NCBI GenBank assembly: GCA_903847315.1
Contig: CAINDG010000041.1
Location: 30,285-94,284, forward strand
Direction of reading: 5' to 3'
DNA length: 64,000 nt
Source: an uncultured Planctomycetota bacterium
Lineage (GTDB): Bacteria > Planctomycetota > Phycisphaerae > Sedimentisphaerales > UBA12454
Position numbers and translations under genes: made by a program. Positions 1-9,850 of the stretch are shown piece after piece (the stretch's first letter is position 1; every line of letters starts with the position of its first letter). Under the pieces are notes generated by a model that saw only the letters and a list, made by a program, of their open reading frames with translations, ran no database searches and was not told the origin of the DNA.

Positions 1-1055
1 TATGCGAAACTAAGCAGGACCGACATAGCGTCTTCATATCTGCCGCAGGACAGCAAAAGTCCTTCAAGCGAGATTAAGGCGTCTCTGCCCCAGTCCATAA
101 ACCACGGGAAGCCCGCGATGATTGATTTTGTTTTCAGTTTTTCGATTCGCCGGTCAATAATAAACTGGTCGGCCGCGATAGCAAACGACAGGGCGACAGG
201 GTCTTTGCTTTTCACGCTGCTTAGCACCTGTTTTTGCTGCAATGTAAGGTCGTCGATAATCACATCGACATCCAGCCCCGACATTTTCAGCGGCATATCG
301 TTATCGCCGAAACCCGCCCAGAGGACGATTTTAGTGCGTCCGTCGATAGTTCTCCTGAAAACTCCCGGCGACCAGAGGTCTTCGACATAATCATAGCCCC
401 GCGATTTCTCCTGACGATAGGAAAAATTACGCCACCATTGTGCATCTTCCATAAATGCCATCTCGTCGGTTGCGAGCAAAAGCTGCGCCTGCGCGAGATT
501 TTTATTTTTGACCGCCAAAAAGTCGTCCTGCCATTCGAGATAGAAGTTATCGCCCGCTTTCGCAAGACTATGGTAGTTTCTCATCGCCGCAAACGGCCTT
601 ACGGTAAATTCAAATTTCTGCTGGACGTCGCTGAACTCGTAAACAATTGCGATTATATCGAAATCCGACATCAAAAAGATGCTTTTGGTAAGGCTGCACA
701 GGTTTGTCGAATAATCGAAATGAACTCCGACATCTTTTCTAAAACCACTCGGCAGCGGAGCCGGTATTTCAGAAGAGGGAGGTTCGAATTCAAAATGGTT
801 AAGATTATACCGCTGTTTTTCCGCGGCGATTGTTTCGAGGCAGTTTGCAAGCGCGACGATTCTTTTAGCCGGGGGCCGGAGCGAGCCGGTGAGCAGTCCG
901 TGATAACGCCTCGTATTGCAGCAGCAGGATGTGCCGGAAGCAAAACTTCCCCGCTTGTTAGTCAGCAGCCATTCAGTCTCAATCAGTTTTTCAAATTCGT
1001 TTATCTGTATCTGCTGATATTTAGGTTTTAGAATTTTTTCGGCGAGCTCCGCCAT
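1..1055 (-). CDS. Glycogen debranching enzyme (amylo-alpha-1,6-glucosidase family), N-terminal part; the gene continues past the left edge
   Basis: The minus-strand frame is open from the ATG at 1055 to position 1. It is absent from the ORF track because it has no in-window stop. My translation is MAELAEKILKPKYQQIQINEFEKLIETEWLLTNKRGSFASGTSCCCNTRRYHGLLTG...IIAGFPWFMDWGRDALISLEGLLL. The TRRYHGLL and GFPWFMDWGRD motifs are typical of archaeal-type GDE proteins. The gene is co-directional with the GH57 and GT4 genes. Confidence 0.75.
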   Translation of the reverse strand, partial: MAELAEKILKPKYQQIQINEFEKLIETEWLLTNKRGSFASGTSCCCNTRRYHGLLTGSLRPPAKRIVALANCLETIAAEKQRYNLNHFEFEPPSSEIPAPLPSGFRKDVGVHFDYSTNLCSLTKSIFLMSDFDIIAIVYEFSDVQQKFEFTVRPFAAMRNYHSLAKAGDNFYLEWQDDFLAVKNKNLAQAQLLLATDEMAFMEDAQWWRNFSYRQEKSRGYDYVEDLWSPGVFRRTIDGRTKIVLWAGFGDNDMPLKMSGLDVDVIIDDLTLQQKQVLSSVKSKDPVALSFAIAADQFIIDRRIEKLKTKSIIAGFPWFMDWGRDALISLEGLLLSCGRYEDAMSVLLSFA

Positions 1056-1093
1056 CCCTGCGATTCCTTATTATGTCAAATCCCTGACCATGA

Positions 1094-2302
1094 TTACGTC
1101 GTAACCTTTTGACGGCTGCGCGAAGAATCTGTACATCTTTTTTCAAGATTACCCATTACATTCATAAAGTTGATATATGAATCGTAGGGCGAATCATACG
1201 GATTGAAATATTTGTGTACATCGCCGTCCGAGAAATATTTTGTGCACATATAATAGAAGTGGTCGGAACTCTGGAGTTTTCGCCAGTCCGACAAAATAAC
1301 CTTGTCGCCGGTCTTTTTTATATTGTGTTCCATACGATAGAGCTCATGCAGGGCGTTTGACTGCATCGCGTTTCCCAGCCAGGCGGAAAGGTCTCTTTCA
1401 GTATCAGCCCAGCTTATAAGTGCCGGCACGTTTACCGTGTCCGTTGCCGGATAGGCCGCAATCGCCTCTGTCGGCGTTTTGAAATTATTGTCGGGATGTT
1501 TCATAATCTCATCAGGCAGATGCCGCATAAAATCGAATATGCCGGTATCTTCCCACTGATGTTCGCCGAAAGTTTCATAATCCATAAAAAGATTAACCAC
1601 GTATCCGTTGCCGTTGACTCTATTTATCCATTCGCTGAATTTGTTCGACATAAGCGGCCATTCGCTCCAGCCCCGGTTTGAAAACCGAAACGCGATATCG
1701 TCGCTTAAGGCGTAATTTTTCAGCAGCAGTTTGACTTTTCCTTCTTTCGGCGGCTTGTAGAGGAAGTTGGGACTTCTGCCTGCCAGGATTCTGTCGGCGC
1801 CTTCGGTAATAATACCGTCGAATACGCCCATCTCATCAATCGCCGCGGCAAGTTCGTTGTTATAAATAAGTTCGGTATTACGGAAAACTTTCGGTCGCTG
1901 GCCGAAGAGGCGTTCGATGGTATCCATATGCTTGAAAATCTGCTCCTGGAATTCGCTTCGTGAGTACAGGAAGCTCAAGCTGTGATAATATGTTTCCGCA
2001 AGAAATTCCACGCAGCCGGTTCTCGCAAGCGCATCGAAAGTGCTCATTACCTCAGGAGCATACTCGGCCAGTTGTTCCAGCAGTACGCCGGTAATACTGT
2101 ACGCCACGCGGAACCGTCCATCGTGTCGTTTTATCAGGTCGAGAATAAGCTTGTTTGTCGGAAGATAGCATTTGTTGGCGACCTTCTGGCAGATTGCTTT
2201 GTTTTTGAAAGTGTCAAAATACCGGTGGTCTTCGTCAAAAACGGTATAGTGCCGAAGCCGATAAGGCTGATGAACCTGAAAATAAAAGCATACAGATGGC
2301 AT
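1094..2302 (-). CDS. Glycoside hydrolase family 57 protein (alpha-amylase / branching-enzyme-like)
   Basis: 402-aa ORF. The N-terminus MPSVCFYFQVHQPYRLRHY and the FMDYETFGEH motif are characteristic of GH57. Confidence 0.85.
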   Translation of the reverse strand: MPSVCFYFQVHQPYRLRHYTVFDEDHRYFDTFKNKAICQKVANKCYLPTNKLILDLIKRHDGRFRVAYSITGVLLEQLAEYAPEVMSTFDALARTGCVEFLAETYYHSLSFLYSRSEFQEQIFKHMDTIERLFGQRPKVFRNTELIYNNELAAAIDEMGVFDGIITEGADRILAGRSPNFLYKPPKEGKVKLLLKNYALSDDIAFRFSNRGWSEWPLMSNKFSEWINRVNGNGYVVNLFMDYETFGEHQWEDTGIFDFMRHLPDEIMKHPDNNFKTPTEAIAAYPATDTVNVPALISWADTERDLSAWLGNAMQSNALHELYRMEHNIKKTGDKVILSDWRKLQSSDHFYYMCTKYFSDGDVHKYFNPYDSPYDSYINFMNVMGNLEKRCTDSSRSRQKVTT

Positions 2303-2357
2303 AAGTCAATCCTTTGATAATATTTCCTGCCGGCCTTTTTTAGCCGACTCGGTAATT

Positions 2358-3665
2358 TCAAACACAAACCGGCTGGCTGACAAGCTGTTCATATATTTGT
2401 CTGCACTTTTCAGCGGCGTCTTCCCATTTGAGTTTTCTGACTTCGAAGTTTCCATGTTCCTTCAATGTCATCTGCAGAGGCGGATATTTCAATACAGCGA
2501 CAATCTTGTTGGCTATTTCGTTTACATCCCAGAAATCCGCTTTGAGCACGTGCGTCAGAACTTCCGATACGCCGCTTTGCTTGCTTATCAGCACCGGCAC
2601 ATCGTGGTTGAGCGCTTCGAGCGGAGCTATGCCGAACGGCTCCGATACGCTGGGCATAACATAAAGGTCCGCTCGTTCGTAAACTTTGCGGACTTCTTCG
2701 CCTCTTAAAAAGCCTGTGAACAGTATCTTGCTGCCGATACCGAGTTCGGCTGCAAGTTCAATTGTCTGTCGCATCATATCGCCGGAGCCTGCCATAACGA
2801 ATTTGACGTTGTCCATAACCTCAAGGACTTTTTTAGCGGCGGCGAGGAAATATTCCGGTCCTTTCTGCATCGTGATTCTGCCGAGGAACAGAACAATTTT
2901 TTCGTCTTTATTTATTCCTATTTTGCCGAAGTTGAAACCGTTGCCGTTTCTTTCGATTCCATTGTAAACAACATCCACTTTTTCACCGTCTATGCCGTAC
3001 CTGGCGAGAATTATATTTTTTGTCAGGTAGCTTACCGCGATTATTCTGTTGGCGGCGTGCATTCCGGCCCGCTCGATATCGTAAATCATCTGGTTGACGT
3101 TTTCGCCGCTGCGGTCGAATTCCGTCGAGTGCACATGTATGACAAGAGGCTTGCCGGTAACAGCGGCTACGGCAATTCCGGCTGGATATGTCATCCAGTC
3201 ATGGGCGTGAATAACGTCAAAATCCTCCTGCAGCGCCAGTTTTACAGCCGAGGCGGCGTACCTGTGAACTTCAGCGTACATATCGCCTGCATAATGAGCG
3301 TTGCAATCGAGCGATTCCGCTCCGATAGTCACTGTACTGGACCGTTTTTGTTTGGCCCGTATCATATCCTCGATTTCATGCCGGTAACTTTCGGCTGTGG
3401 CGTAGGGTTTCAGGGCGGAGTCTATTGTCTTGAATTTTATGTTTTTAAGTTCGTTTTCATCGAGGACGATCTGGCTGGTAGTTATATCGGCAGGGGTTCG
3501 CATATTGACGTGTGTTGAGAGTTTGTCTGTATGTATCGTCCGAGGCAGAACGAACGTTATTTCAAGTCCCAGCTTGCTCATTGCCTTGGTCAAGCCATAG
3601 CATGCCGTACCTAATCCGCCGCTGATAAAAGGCGGAAATTCCCAACCAAGCATAAATATCTTCAC
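2358..3665 (-). CDS. GT4/GT5-type glycosyltransferase (glycogen-synthase-like)
   Basis: The ORF contains KIFMLGWEFPPFISGGLGTACYGL and the C-terminal EPFGIAPLEA motif of retaining GT-B transferases. I prefer the GTG start at 3665, which is preceded by GAGGGG. The track start at 3707 is the alternative. Confidence 0.8.
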   Translation of the reverse strand: MKIFMLGWEFPPFISGGLGTACYGLTKAMSKLGLEITFVLPRTIHTDKLSTHVNMRTPADITTSQIVLDENELKNIKFKTIDSALKPYATAESYRHEIEDMIRAKQKRSSTVTIGAESLDCNAHYAGDMYAEVHRYAASAVKLALQEDFDVIHAHDWMTYPAGIAVAAVTGKPLVIHVHSTEFDRSGENVNQMIYDIERAGMHAANRIIAVSYLTKNIILARYGIDGEKVDVVYNGIERNGNGFNFGKIGINKDEKIVLFLGRITMQKGPEYFLAAAKKVLEVMDNVKFVMAGSGDMMRQTIELAAELGIGSKILFTGFLRGEEVRKVYERADLYVMPSVSEPFGIAPLEALNHDVPVLISKQSGVSEVLTHVLKADFWDVNEIANKIVAVLKYPPLQMTLKEHGNFEVRKLKWEDAAEKCRQIYEQLVSQPVCV

Positions 3666-3892
3666 GAGACCCCTCGGCTTAAAGATAAACAAAGGAATAT
3701 AATCCACTTAGACATAATCTATAATCGGTTTTTAAACACCGCAGGTTTAATAAATTGTTCCTATAAAATCAATTTCCAGTATCGCCAGTCACGTTTTTGC
3801 GAGTTATAGGACGTTGCGCGTAAAAAAATATAAAAAAGACAAAAGTACTACAGAAAAACGCTGTCAGGCAAAAATTTGGTTAAGTATGGGCG

Positions 3893-3932
3893 AAAAAAAA
3901 CCGACTTCTATAGTTTTTTTATAGAGGCCGGT
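3893..3932 (-). terminator. Rho-independent terminator downstream of the histone-fold gene
   Basis: On the minus strand a 13-bp stem (ACCGGCCUCUAUA / UAUAGAAGUCGGU, one mismatch and one G-U pair) is followed by a U8 run. Confidence 0.6.
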
Positions 3933-3960
3933 TTCGTTGTTTTTTCCCGCAAAGAATCTG

Positions 3961-4155
3961 TTACAGGTCCTGCGGTTTCAATGTGCTTCTTCTGTTAGCT
4001 TTTGTCCGCTCGCAGCCATGATCAAGCATGCAATAAACCTTGTCGCTCAGAGCGCCAAGTGCATCGGCCGATGTCATCATCTTTTTGCTCTTAACGTAGG
4101 CTTTTACCTTGCTCGCTACAATCAAAGACTCTTTGCCACCTTTTTTCTTTGCCAT
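3961..4155 (-). CDS. Bacterial histone-fold DNA-binding protein (singlet, Bd0055/HBb-like, DUF1931-type)
   Basis: 64 aa: MAKKKGGKESLIVASKVKAYVKSKKMMTSADALGALSDKVYCMLDHGCERTKANRRSTLKPQDL. It aligns by eye to my recollection of the Bdellovibrio histone (VVTSKVKKLIKEKGQMNTSAETIDVLSKAIEQLCLKGVESAKADGRKTVMARDI). It has its own terminator. Confidence 0.7.
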   Translation of the reverse strand: MAKKKGGKESLIVASKVKAYVKSKKMMTSADALGALSDKVYCMLDHGCERTKANRRSTLKPQDL

Positions 4156-4408
4156 GCTATAAAACCTCCATGCAAATAAAAAAACTATTCCTTTTTATCG
4201 ACCTTTTACGACAGGGTCGATTTATAGGGCCTATTCTGAACACTTATAAGACCCTTTGCAACAAAAAAATCACTCAAAACTGCAAAATTTTGCACTTATT
4301 AGGCTGTTTCCACCCTTTTTTAGATTATACGACAGGGATTTTATGTCGAAAACAGCTTAGGAAACCGTTTAAAGGGCTTATCTTAGCGATATCGGGGATG
4401 GGAAAATT

Positions 4409-4762
4409 ATGAATGCCAATGACAGGAAAAAAGACGACCAGAGAATGGCTTTGGAGGACTATGTGACGATTGCCATCGCCGAGGATATTGACCTTGCAAA
4501 CGAATACCGGGACATACTCGTAAAGCATGATATTCCCGCTGTAACCGCGACCCAGCGAAGCTATTCTTCAGCGGTACTCGGTACAGCGGTGATGGTTCCG
4601 GAAAATTATCTCGAACAGGCTCAGGAAATTATCGAGTCGCAGCAGAACTTTGACAATTTCCTCGATGACGCCTTCAATGACCCCGACAACTGGAATAACG
4701 AAGCTGACATTGATGAATTAGAAGACCGTGAAAGTTTTGATGATGACGACAATAATATTTGA
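4409..4762 (+). CDS. Hypothetical protein, DUF2007-like fold with a strongly acidic C-terminal tail
   Basis: 117-aa ORF. The core has a beta-alpha-beta-like pattern (YVTIAIAEDIDLANEYRDILVKHDIPAV...VMVPENYLEQAQEII). The tail is DELEDRESFDDDDNNI. Confidence 0.5.
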   Translation: MNANDRKKDDQRMALEDYVTIAIAEDIDLANEYRDILVKHDIPAVTATQRSYSSAVLGTAVMVPENYLEQAQEIIESQQNFDNFLDDAFNDPDNWNNEADIDELEDRESFDDDDNNI

Positions 4763-4782
4763 TTCGATTTTGAATTAATGAG

Positions 4783-5151
4783 GTGATGAAAGTGGAAGAA
4801 TATAAAACACATGTTGAAAATTGCTTTTCGGCAAGACGCCAGGCCGCTGCGGACAGACGCACACAAAGCAGGAGAGAATCCGTTGCCGACAGAAGAACTG
4901 ACCTTGATAGACGTCGCGGCCCCGGCAGGAGACGCTCCGAAGACCGCAAGGCCGCCGAAGAAGGCCAGATGACAGATGAACAGTTCGAGTTCGTTATGGC
5001 CGTCGACCAGTATAAGAAGCTCAACTCAAAACCTTTCCCGAGCTGGACGGAAATTCTTGAGGTTATAAAAGCGCTGGGCTATCGAAAAGTGGCTGAGCCC
5101 TGTTCCCTCAAACAGCTTGAAAATCATGAATCTTCAGAACAAAACGGCTGA
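4783..5151 (+). CDS. Hypothetical protein with an Arg-rich repeated N-terminal half
   Basis: 122-aa ORF with repeated ADRRT/DRRR motifs and a C-terminal QFEFVMAVDQYKKLNSKPFPSWTEILEVIKALGYRK segment. The exact start is uncertain (GTG 4783, ATG 4786 or GTG 4792) after a GAGG. Confidence 0.5.
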   Translation: MMKVEEYKTHVENCFSARRQAAADRRTQSRRESVADRRTDLDRRRGPGRRRSEDRKAAEEGQMTDEQFEFVMAVDQYKKLNSKPFPSWTEILEVIKALGYRKVAEPCSLKQLENHESSEQNG

Positions 5152-5233
5152 GAATTTCTACCGCATTTAACCACCATCAGCGCAGCGGCGAATTTGATTC
5201 AAATTTGCTGCCGGCTGTTTGCCATCTTCACTA

Positions 5234-5262
5234 TTGACAATTTCTAATATTTAGCTGATAAT
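5234..5262 (+). promoter_or_regulatory. Sigma70-like promoter for the PEGA lipoprotein gene
   Basis: TTGACA (5234-5239), 17-nt spacer, GATAAT (5257-5262), about 58 nt upstream of the ATG. Confidence 0.45.
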
Positions 5263-5320
5263 TCGGCGGTTCTCCCGGCGTTGCGTATCGCGGCAGGGAG
5301 GCTTAATTTAGGAGATTTTT

Positions 5321-5758
5321 ATGTTAGTACGGAAACTGCCGAATGTCGCATTAATTATCTTGTGCGGTATGATTTGCCTCTGCTCAGGATGCGTGGAAAG
5401 AAAGATTACCATAATAACCGAACCTGCCGGAGCTCTTGTATCGCTTAACGACGAGGAAATCGGTGCATCGCCTGTCACCGTCGGTTTTGAATGGTACGGC
5501 GACTACAGCGTCAGGATTACAAAGGAAGGTTTCCAAACCTTAAAGACTCATCAGGATTTAAAGCGGCCGCTGCGTGACAGAGCTCCGTTTGATTTGTTTG
5601 ACGATATTTTCAGCAAGAGGACCGACGAATATACCTGGAAATTCAAACTTGAGCCGTACAAACAGCTCTCAAAAGAGGAGATGATAGAAGACGCGAAAAA
5701 ACTGCAAAAACAGACTGCCGAAGAAATGGCGCAGCCGATTATGAAGAAGAAAAAATAA
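5321..5758 (+). CDS. PEGA-domain lipoprotein
   Basis: Signal peptide with lipobox LCSGC. The PEGA-like motif is TEPAGALVSLNDEEIGASPVTV followed by YSVRITKEGFQT. Confidence 0.7.
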   Translation: MLVRKLPNVALIILCGMICLCSGCVERKITIITEPAGALVSLNDEEIGASPVTVGFEWYGDYSVRITKEGFQTLKTHQDLKRPLRDRAPFDLFDDIFSKRTDEYTWKFKLEPYKQLSKEEMIEDAKKLQKQTAEEMAQPIMKKKK

Positions 5759-5782
5759 TAGTTTCAGGAACCATAACAAAAA

Positions 5783-5809
5783 AGCCCTGCATCAGCAGGG
5801 CTTTTTTTT
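5783..5809. terminator. Bidirectional rho-independent terminator between convergent genes
   Basis: AGCCCTGC-ATCA-GCAGGGCT hairpin with an A-run on the left and a T-run on the right. Confidence 0.7.
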
Positions 5810-5833
5810 GTCCTCCCGAAGAAGCGGCGAAAA

Positions 5834-8800
5834 TTATTGAGTAAAAATAGCGTTATTATTTGTGTCAGCCGCTCCGGCACCGGCCTGCACTGCCGCTGCA
5901 TCGATATTGGCCGGTACTGTAAGTACGAATGTAGAACCTTTGCCTTTTTCGCTGGTCAGGGTAATTTCACCGCCGAGAAGTTCGGCTATTCTTTTGCTTA
6001 TAGTAAGGCCGAGTCCCGCTCCGCCATATTTGCGGGATAAAGTCCCGTCTTCCTGAGTAAAGGATTCAAATATTTTTTCCTGACACTCAGAGGCGATGCC
6101 GACTCCGGTATCTGTCACCTCGAAACGAACGAATGACTCGCCGTTCCTGTCTTCCATTGAAATGTTCACATAAACATATCCCTGCTCTGTAAACTTTATG
6201 GCGTTATTTACAATATTGACCAGGCACTGTTCCAGGTGGTCGGCGTCTGTGACAATATTAGCCGGAACAACACCTTTTCTGCAGATTGCCAGCTCCAGTT
6301 TCTTTTTCGCCGCCAGAGGATGCATCATAGCTTCCACTCTGGCTATAATATCTTCAAGCGGACACGGCGCTATCTTGATATCCATCTTGTCGGCCTCAAT
6401 CTTGGAAAGGTCCAGAACATCGCCAAGCAGATGTAAAAGTTGCCTGCCGCTGCCGCAAACCGTCTCTATATATTTTTTCTGTTCTCCTGCAAGTTCGTCG
6501 GCCAGCAGGTCGCTGAACCCGATAATAGAATTCAGCGGTGTCCTGATTTCGTGGCTCATAGTGGCCAAAAACTCGCTCTTGGCATCATTGGCGGCAACCG
6601 CCTTTTTCGTCATCAGGTTGGCCCGTTCAACGGCGTCTTCCAAATGCTTCTCTGCCAGTTTGTGTTCGGTAATATCCAATCCGGCAAAAATAATTCCACG
6701 TGACACATCCCGCCCGTCTAAAGTTGCCCCTGTAAGATATATATTCAGGACTTTGCCGTCTTTGTGCTGCCAGTTAACCTCTATTTCGCTCCTGCCTTTT
6801 TCGCTTAATTCCCGGTAGTATTGTTTGCCGACAAGGTTATATCCCTCGTCATTCTCATAAAATATACGGGTGTCCTTTCCGACAACTTCTTCTCTTTGAT
6901 GCCCGAGAAGCTGCAGAAGATAATCGTTTACCCATTGTATCTTTCTGCCGGTGGCAAAGCCTAAGCCCACAGGCACTGCGGTAGCGATACTCTTGAATGT
7001 ATTTTCACTGTTTCTCAGCGATTCCTCTGCCTGTTTGCGGCCGGTGATATCACGGACAATTGCCTGAATTATTGGTCGCCCTTCAATCTCAACGCAGTTA
7101 AGCGAAACTTCCGTATCGAATAGCGCCCCGTCGAGCCGCTTATGTGTCCACTCAAAAAACTGGGGCTCGCCTGCAAGCGCTGCACTGATTTTCTCAAGTG
7201 CTTTTTCATTTGAACGTCGGCCATCAGGCTGGGTTTCCGGCGAAAAACGAATCGGTGTTTGACCGACAATCTGTTCTCGCGCCACGCCGAACATTTCAAG
7301 TGTGCGTTCGTTGCAGTCGGTGAAGTATTCTTTCTCCATCAAAAAAATGGCATCGTTCGCCTGCTCAAAGAGAGCATGGTATCGTTTGCTGCCGTTCAGC
7401 ATTGCCTGCTCTGCCTGTTTGCGTTCGGTAATATCGCGTATCGTGCCGATGACACCGATTATTTGACCGCTGCTGTTCCGGTGCGGTGTGTAAGTCTCGA
7501 CTGCCCAGCCCATTTTTCCGGTTCGAGGGCTTTTATGTTCTATATCAGGAGAAGATACCGTTTCGCCTGTCAGCGCACGCTCAAGAAGTTTATCGATACC
7601 GCTTTCATGAAGAAGCGGAAAGAGTTCTAACGCGCTTTTGCCTATCACATCTCCCTTCTTCTTTCCGGTCATATTTTCCATAAACGGATTCCATTCCATG
7701 TATCGTAATTGCAGGTCGTAAACAACCACGCCTACGCCGGCGTTTGAGATTATTTCCTGGTTGAACCGAGAAACGTCTCGCAATTGGGTATCAGCATTTC
7801 TGCGCCCTTCCTCCAGCAGCTTCCGCGAGGTAATGTCTCTTATAAAATGTACCGTTTCAACAATTTCCTTGTTATCACCGAATACAGGACAGGTGGATAT
7901 TTCCAAATGTTTTCTAAGAGCCTTATAATAAATTTCTACTTTAGCCGGCTCGCCGGTCAATAAAGTTTTTCTCATGGGACAATTCTCAGGAGGCTCTTTT
8001 GTCCCGTGCACCAACTCGCAGCATCGCATCCCAATAAGTTCCTCCGGCCGCTTTCCGAATATATCAGCGAAAGCCTTATTGACTGTCTTAAGTCTGTTAT
8101 CCCGGTCTACAACCGAAACCATATCGGTAATAGAATTGAATACCTTGTTCCATTCTTTAGTTTCACCATATTTTTGCCGGTAAAAGCTGGCGGTTCGTTG
8201 CTTCCAGAGAAAACCCACGCTGACCCCTGCTCCTGCCAGCAGAATGCCGATGAAAATTATAATCGCCAATAGTCTTTGCGTTAAAGGCGTATATATTTCG
8301 GAGGTATCCATTCGCGTAACCAGAAACCACGGCGAATCCGGCACGGCTCGGACATCCGCTATGACCGGTTTTCCTCGGTAATCTGTTCCTTCTGTGATGC
8401 CCTCATATCCCAAAACCGCTTTGACCGCAGGCAAAGTTTTATTCGTAAGGGAATACCTCAGCTTAAGAGCGGTACCGCTTTGGAACTTAAGTTCATTCAG
8501 AAATTGTACGTTATTTCCATCTTTGCGGACAAGCAGAGTTTCCGCTGAAAAACTCGGCATCGGCATGTTTTCGATAAATGGATACAAGTAAACCTTGGGG
8601 TCGATTCGCATCGCCAGAACGCCAATCGTCCTGCTCTCGTCTTTATCCAGAATGGGAACAAGAACTTTCAGATAGATTTTCTGATTTTGTTCATTCCAGT
8701 AAAAATCTTCAAAAACCATCTGGCCTGTTTGCAGAAGTTTGGATGTGTGTTCGGAAATATATGAAATAGGCCGCTCAGGACTGTCCGGAACCATAATTAT

Positions 8801-9208
8801 TATCTTGCGATACTGATTATCAAGCAGCATCAGTTTGTCATATTGGTAAGATGCTTGGGCGATGCTTAGCCACGCTTTAATCTGCTTTTGCGAATCTGCG
8901 TCATTGGGGTCGTTAAAATATTTGCCGACCAGGGCGGAGAAAGCGGCATTCTTGTAAAAAACTTTACCGTCTCCCAGACGCTCACTCCTCCAATTCGCCA
9001 GTTCATCTGCTTTCAGTTTGCCGATGGCCGACAGTTGTATTCCTATCTCAGCCTTGTATTGTGTTTTGTAATGTGAATAATACAGACCACCGGCGGTAAT
9101 TATACCGGCTGACATTATTACAAATATCGCGACAAGTATATACGATTGAAAATTGTTTTTTTTGCCAATTACACCCATAACCGGATACTCTTTTTTCGCC
9201 TTTATCAA
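5834..9208 (-). CDS. Multi-PAS sensor histidine kinase with a Cache-like periplasmic domain
   Basis: 1124 aa. It has two TM segments around a periplasmic domain and about four PAS/PAC modules (repeated RDITERK/RDITGRK/LDITEHK ends). The H-box is [13 protein letters not shown] and there is a HATPase_c domain ([13 protein letters not shown]). There is no receiver domain. Confidence 0.85.
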   Translation of the reverse strand: MIKAKKEYPVMGVIGKKNNFQSYILVAIFVIMSAGIITAGGLYYSHYKTQYKAEIGIQLSAIGKLKADELANWRSERLGDGKVFYKNAAFSALVGKYFNDPNDADSQKQIKAWLSIAQASYQYDKLMLLDNQYRKIIIMVPDSPERPISYISEHTSKLLQTGQMVFEDFYWNEQNQKIYLKVLVPILDKDESRTIGVLAMRIDPKVYLYPFIENMPMPSFSAETLLVRKDGNNVQFLNELKFQSGTALKLRYSLTNKTLPAVKAVLGYEGITEGTDYRGKPVIADVRAVPDSPWFLVTRMDTSEIYTPLTQRLLAIIIFIGILLAGAGVSVGFLWKQRTASFYRQKYGETKEWNKVFNSITDMVSVVDRDNRLKTVNKAFADIFGKRPEELIGMRCCELVHGTKEPPENCPMRKTLLTGEPAKVEIYYKALRKHLEISTCPVFGDNKEIVETVHFIRDITSRKLLEEGRRNADTQLRDVSRFNQEIISNAGVGVVVYDLQLRYMEWNPFMENMTGKKKGDVIGKSALELFPLLHESGIDKLLERALTGETVSSPDIEHKSPRTGKMGWAVETYTPHRNSSGQIIGVIGTIRDITERKQAEQAMLNGSKRYHALFEQANDAIFLMEKEYFTDCNERTLEMFGVAREQIVGQTPIRFSPETQPDGRRSNEKALEKISAALAGEPQFFEWTHKRLDGALFDTEVSLNCVEIEGRPIIQAIVRDITGRKQAEESLRNSENTFKSIATAVPVGLGFATGRKIQWVNDYLLQLLGHQREEVVGKDTRIFYENDEGYNLVGKQYYRELSEKGRSEIEVNWQHKDGKVLNIYLTGATLDGRDVSRGIIFAGLDITEHKLAEKHLEDAVERANLMTKKAVAANDAKSEFLATMSHEIRTPLNSIIGFSDLLADELAGEQKKYIETVCGSGRQLLHLLGDVLDLSKIEADKMDIKIAPCPLEDIIARVEAMMHPLAAKKKLELAICRKGVVPANIVTDADHLEQCLVNIVNNAIKFTEQGYVYVNISMEDRNGESFVRFEVTDTGVGIASECQEKIFESFTQEDGTLSRKYGGAGLGLTISKRIAELLGGEITLTSEKGKGSTFVLTVPANIDAAAVQAGAGAADTNNNAIFTQ

Positions 9209-9583
9209 AAAAGTATTGCGTATTTGCCCGGCTCAAGTTGCTCCCCTGCAGATGCTGGCTCGTTAATCAGCTTTATCGGCGGTTTTTAATAAGCCTCTTA
9301 TCTCTTTTAGGAATATGCCTTTATAGCGGTTAAAACCCCATTTTTTTGTGCGTGTTATTTTGTTATAAGACCTTTTTTAACTGCTTTATGAATACATACC
9401 AAAAAAGCCCCGTTTTAGCAGGGCTTTTTTGTCGTGTGCTCAAAGACAGCAGGCATTCCTGCTGCTTTGATGTTGACGATAGTCGGGAAATTTTTTGTAA
9501 GCAGGCTTACTCGTTATTTTCCAAATTATTAAGACGGCTGGCGGGGAAATTTATTGCATAAAAATTTAAAAAATTGGGAAAAT

Positions 9584-9611
9584 AAAAAAGGCCGTCTCAT
9601 AACGGCCTTTT
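9584..9611 (-). terminator. Rho-independent terminator of csrA
   Basis: GGCCGT/ACGGCC stem extended by A:T pairs. A U6 run follows on the minus strand, 27 nt after the csrA stop. Confidence 0.6.
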
Positions 9612-9637
9612 CCTGTTCGCGTTTAGATCGGGAGATT

Positions 9638-9850
9638 TTAACTTGGTGACGGCTCAGGATGGTTTTTAACGGGCTTATTTCCCGCCTTTTCCTCTTGAAT
9701 CGCCAGGTAAACTTCTTTACGGTGAACGGATATGGTTCTTGGGGCTGTGATGCCAAGGCGAACCTTATCGCCTCGAACGTCAACGATGGTTATTTCTACA
9801 TCGTCGCCAATCATTATCGACTCATTTCTTTGTCTGCTAAGTACCAACAT
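9638..9850 (-). CDS. csrA: Carbon storage regulator CsrA
   Basis: [48 protein letters not shown] is a canonical CsrA sequence. The RBS AAAGGAG precedes the ATG. Confidence 0.9.
   Translation of the reverse strand: MLVLSRQRNESIMIGDDVEITIVDVRGDKVRLGITAPRTISVHRKEVYLAIQEEKAGNKPVKNHPEPSPS

Noticed and set aside
234-1031. A 265-aa plus-strand ORF and other ORFs in the first kilobase of the track.
   Set aside because: They are antisense shadows of the edge-truncated debranching-enzyme gene on the minus strand. That gene gives a convincing family match, whereas the plus-strand translation is low-complexity and motif-free.
6198-6818. A 206-aa plus-strand ORF, and several 60-120-aa ORFs, inside the histidine kinase gene.
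   Set aside because: They lie opposite a well-supported 1124-aa gene. Their composition is Ser/Leu/Arg-rich, which is typical of antisense frames.
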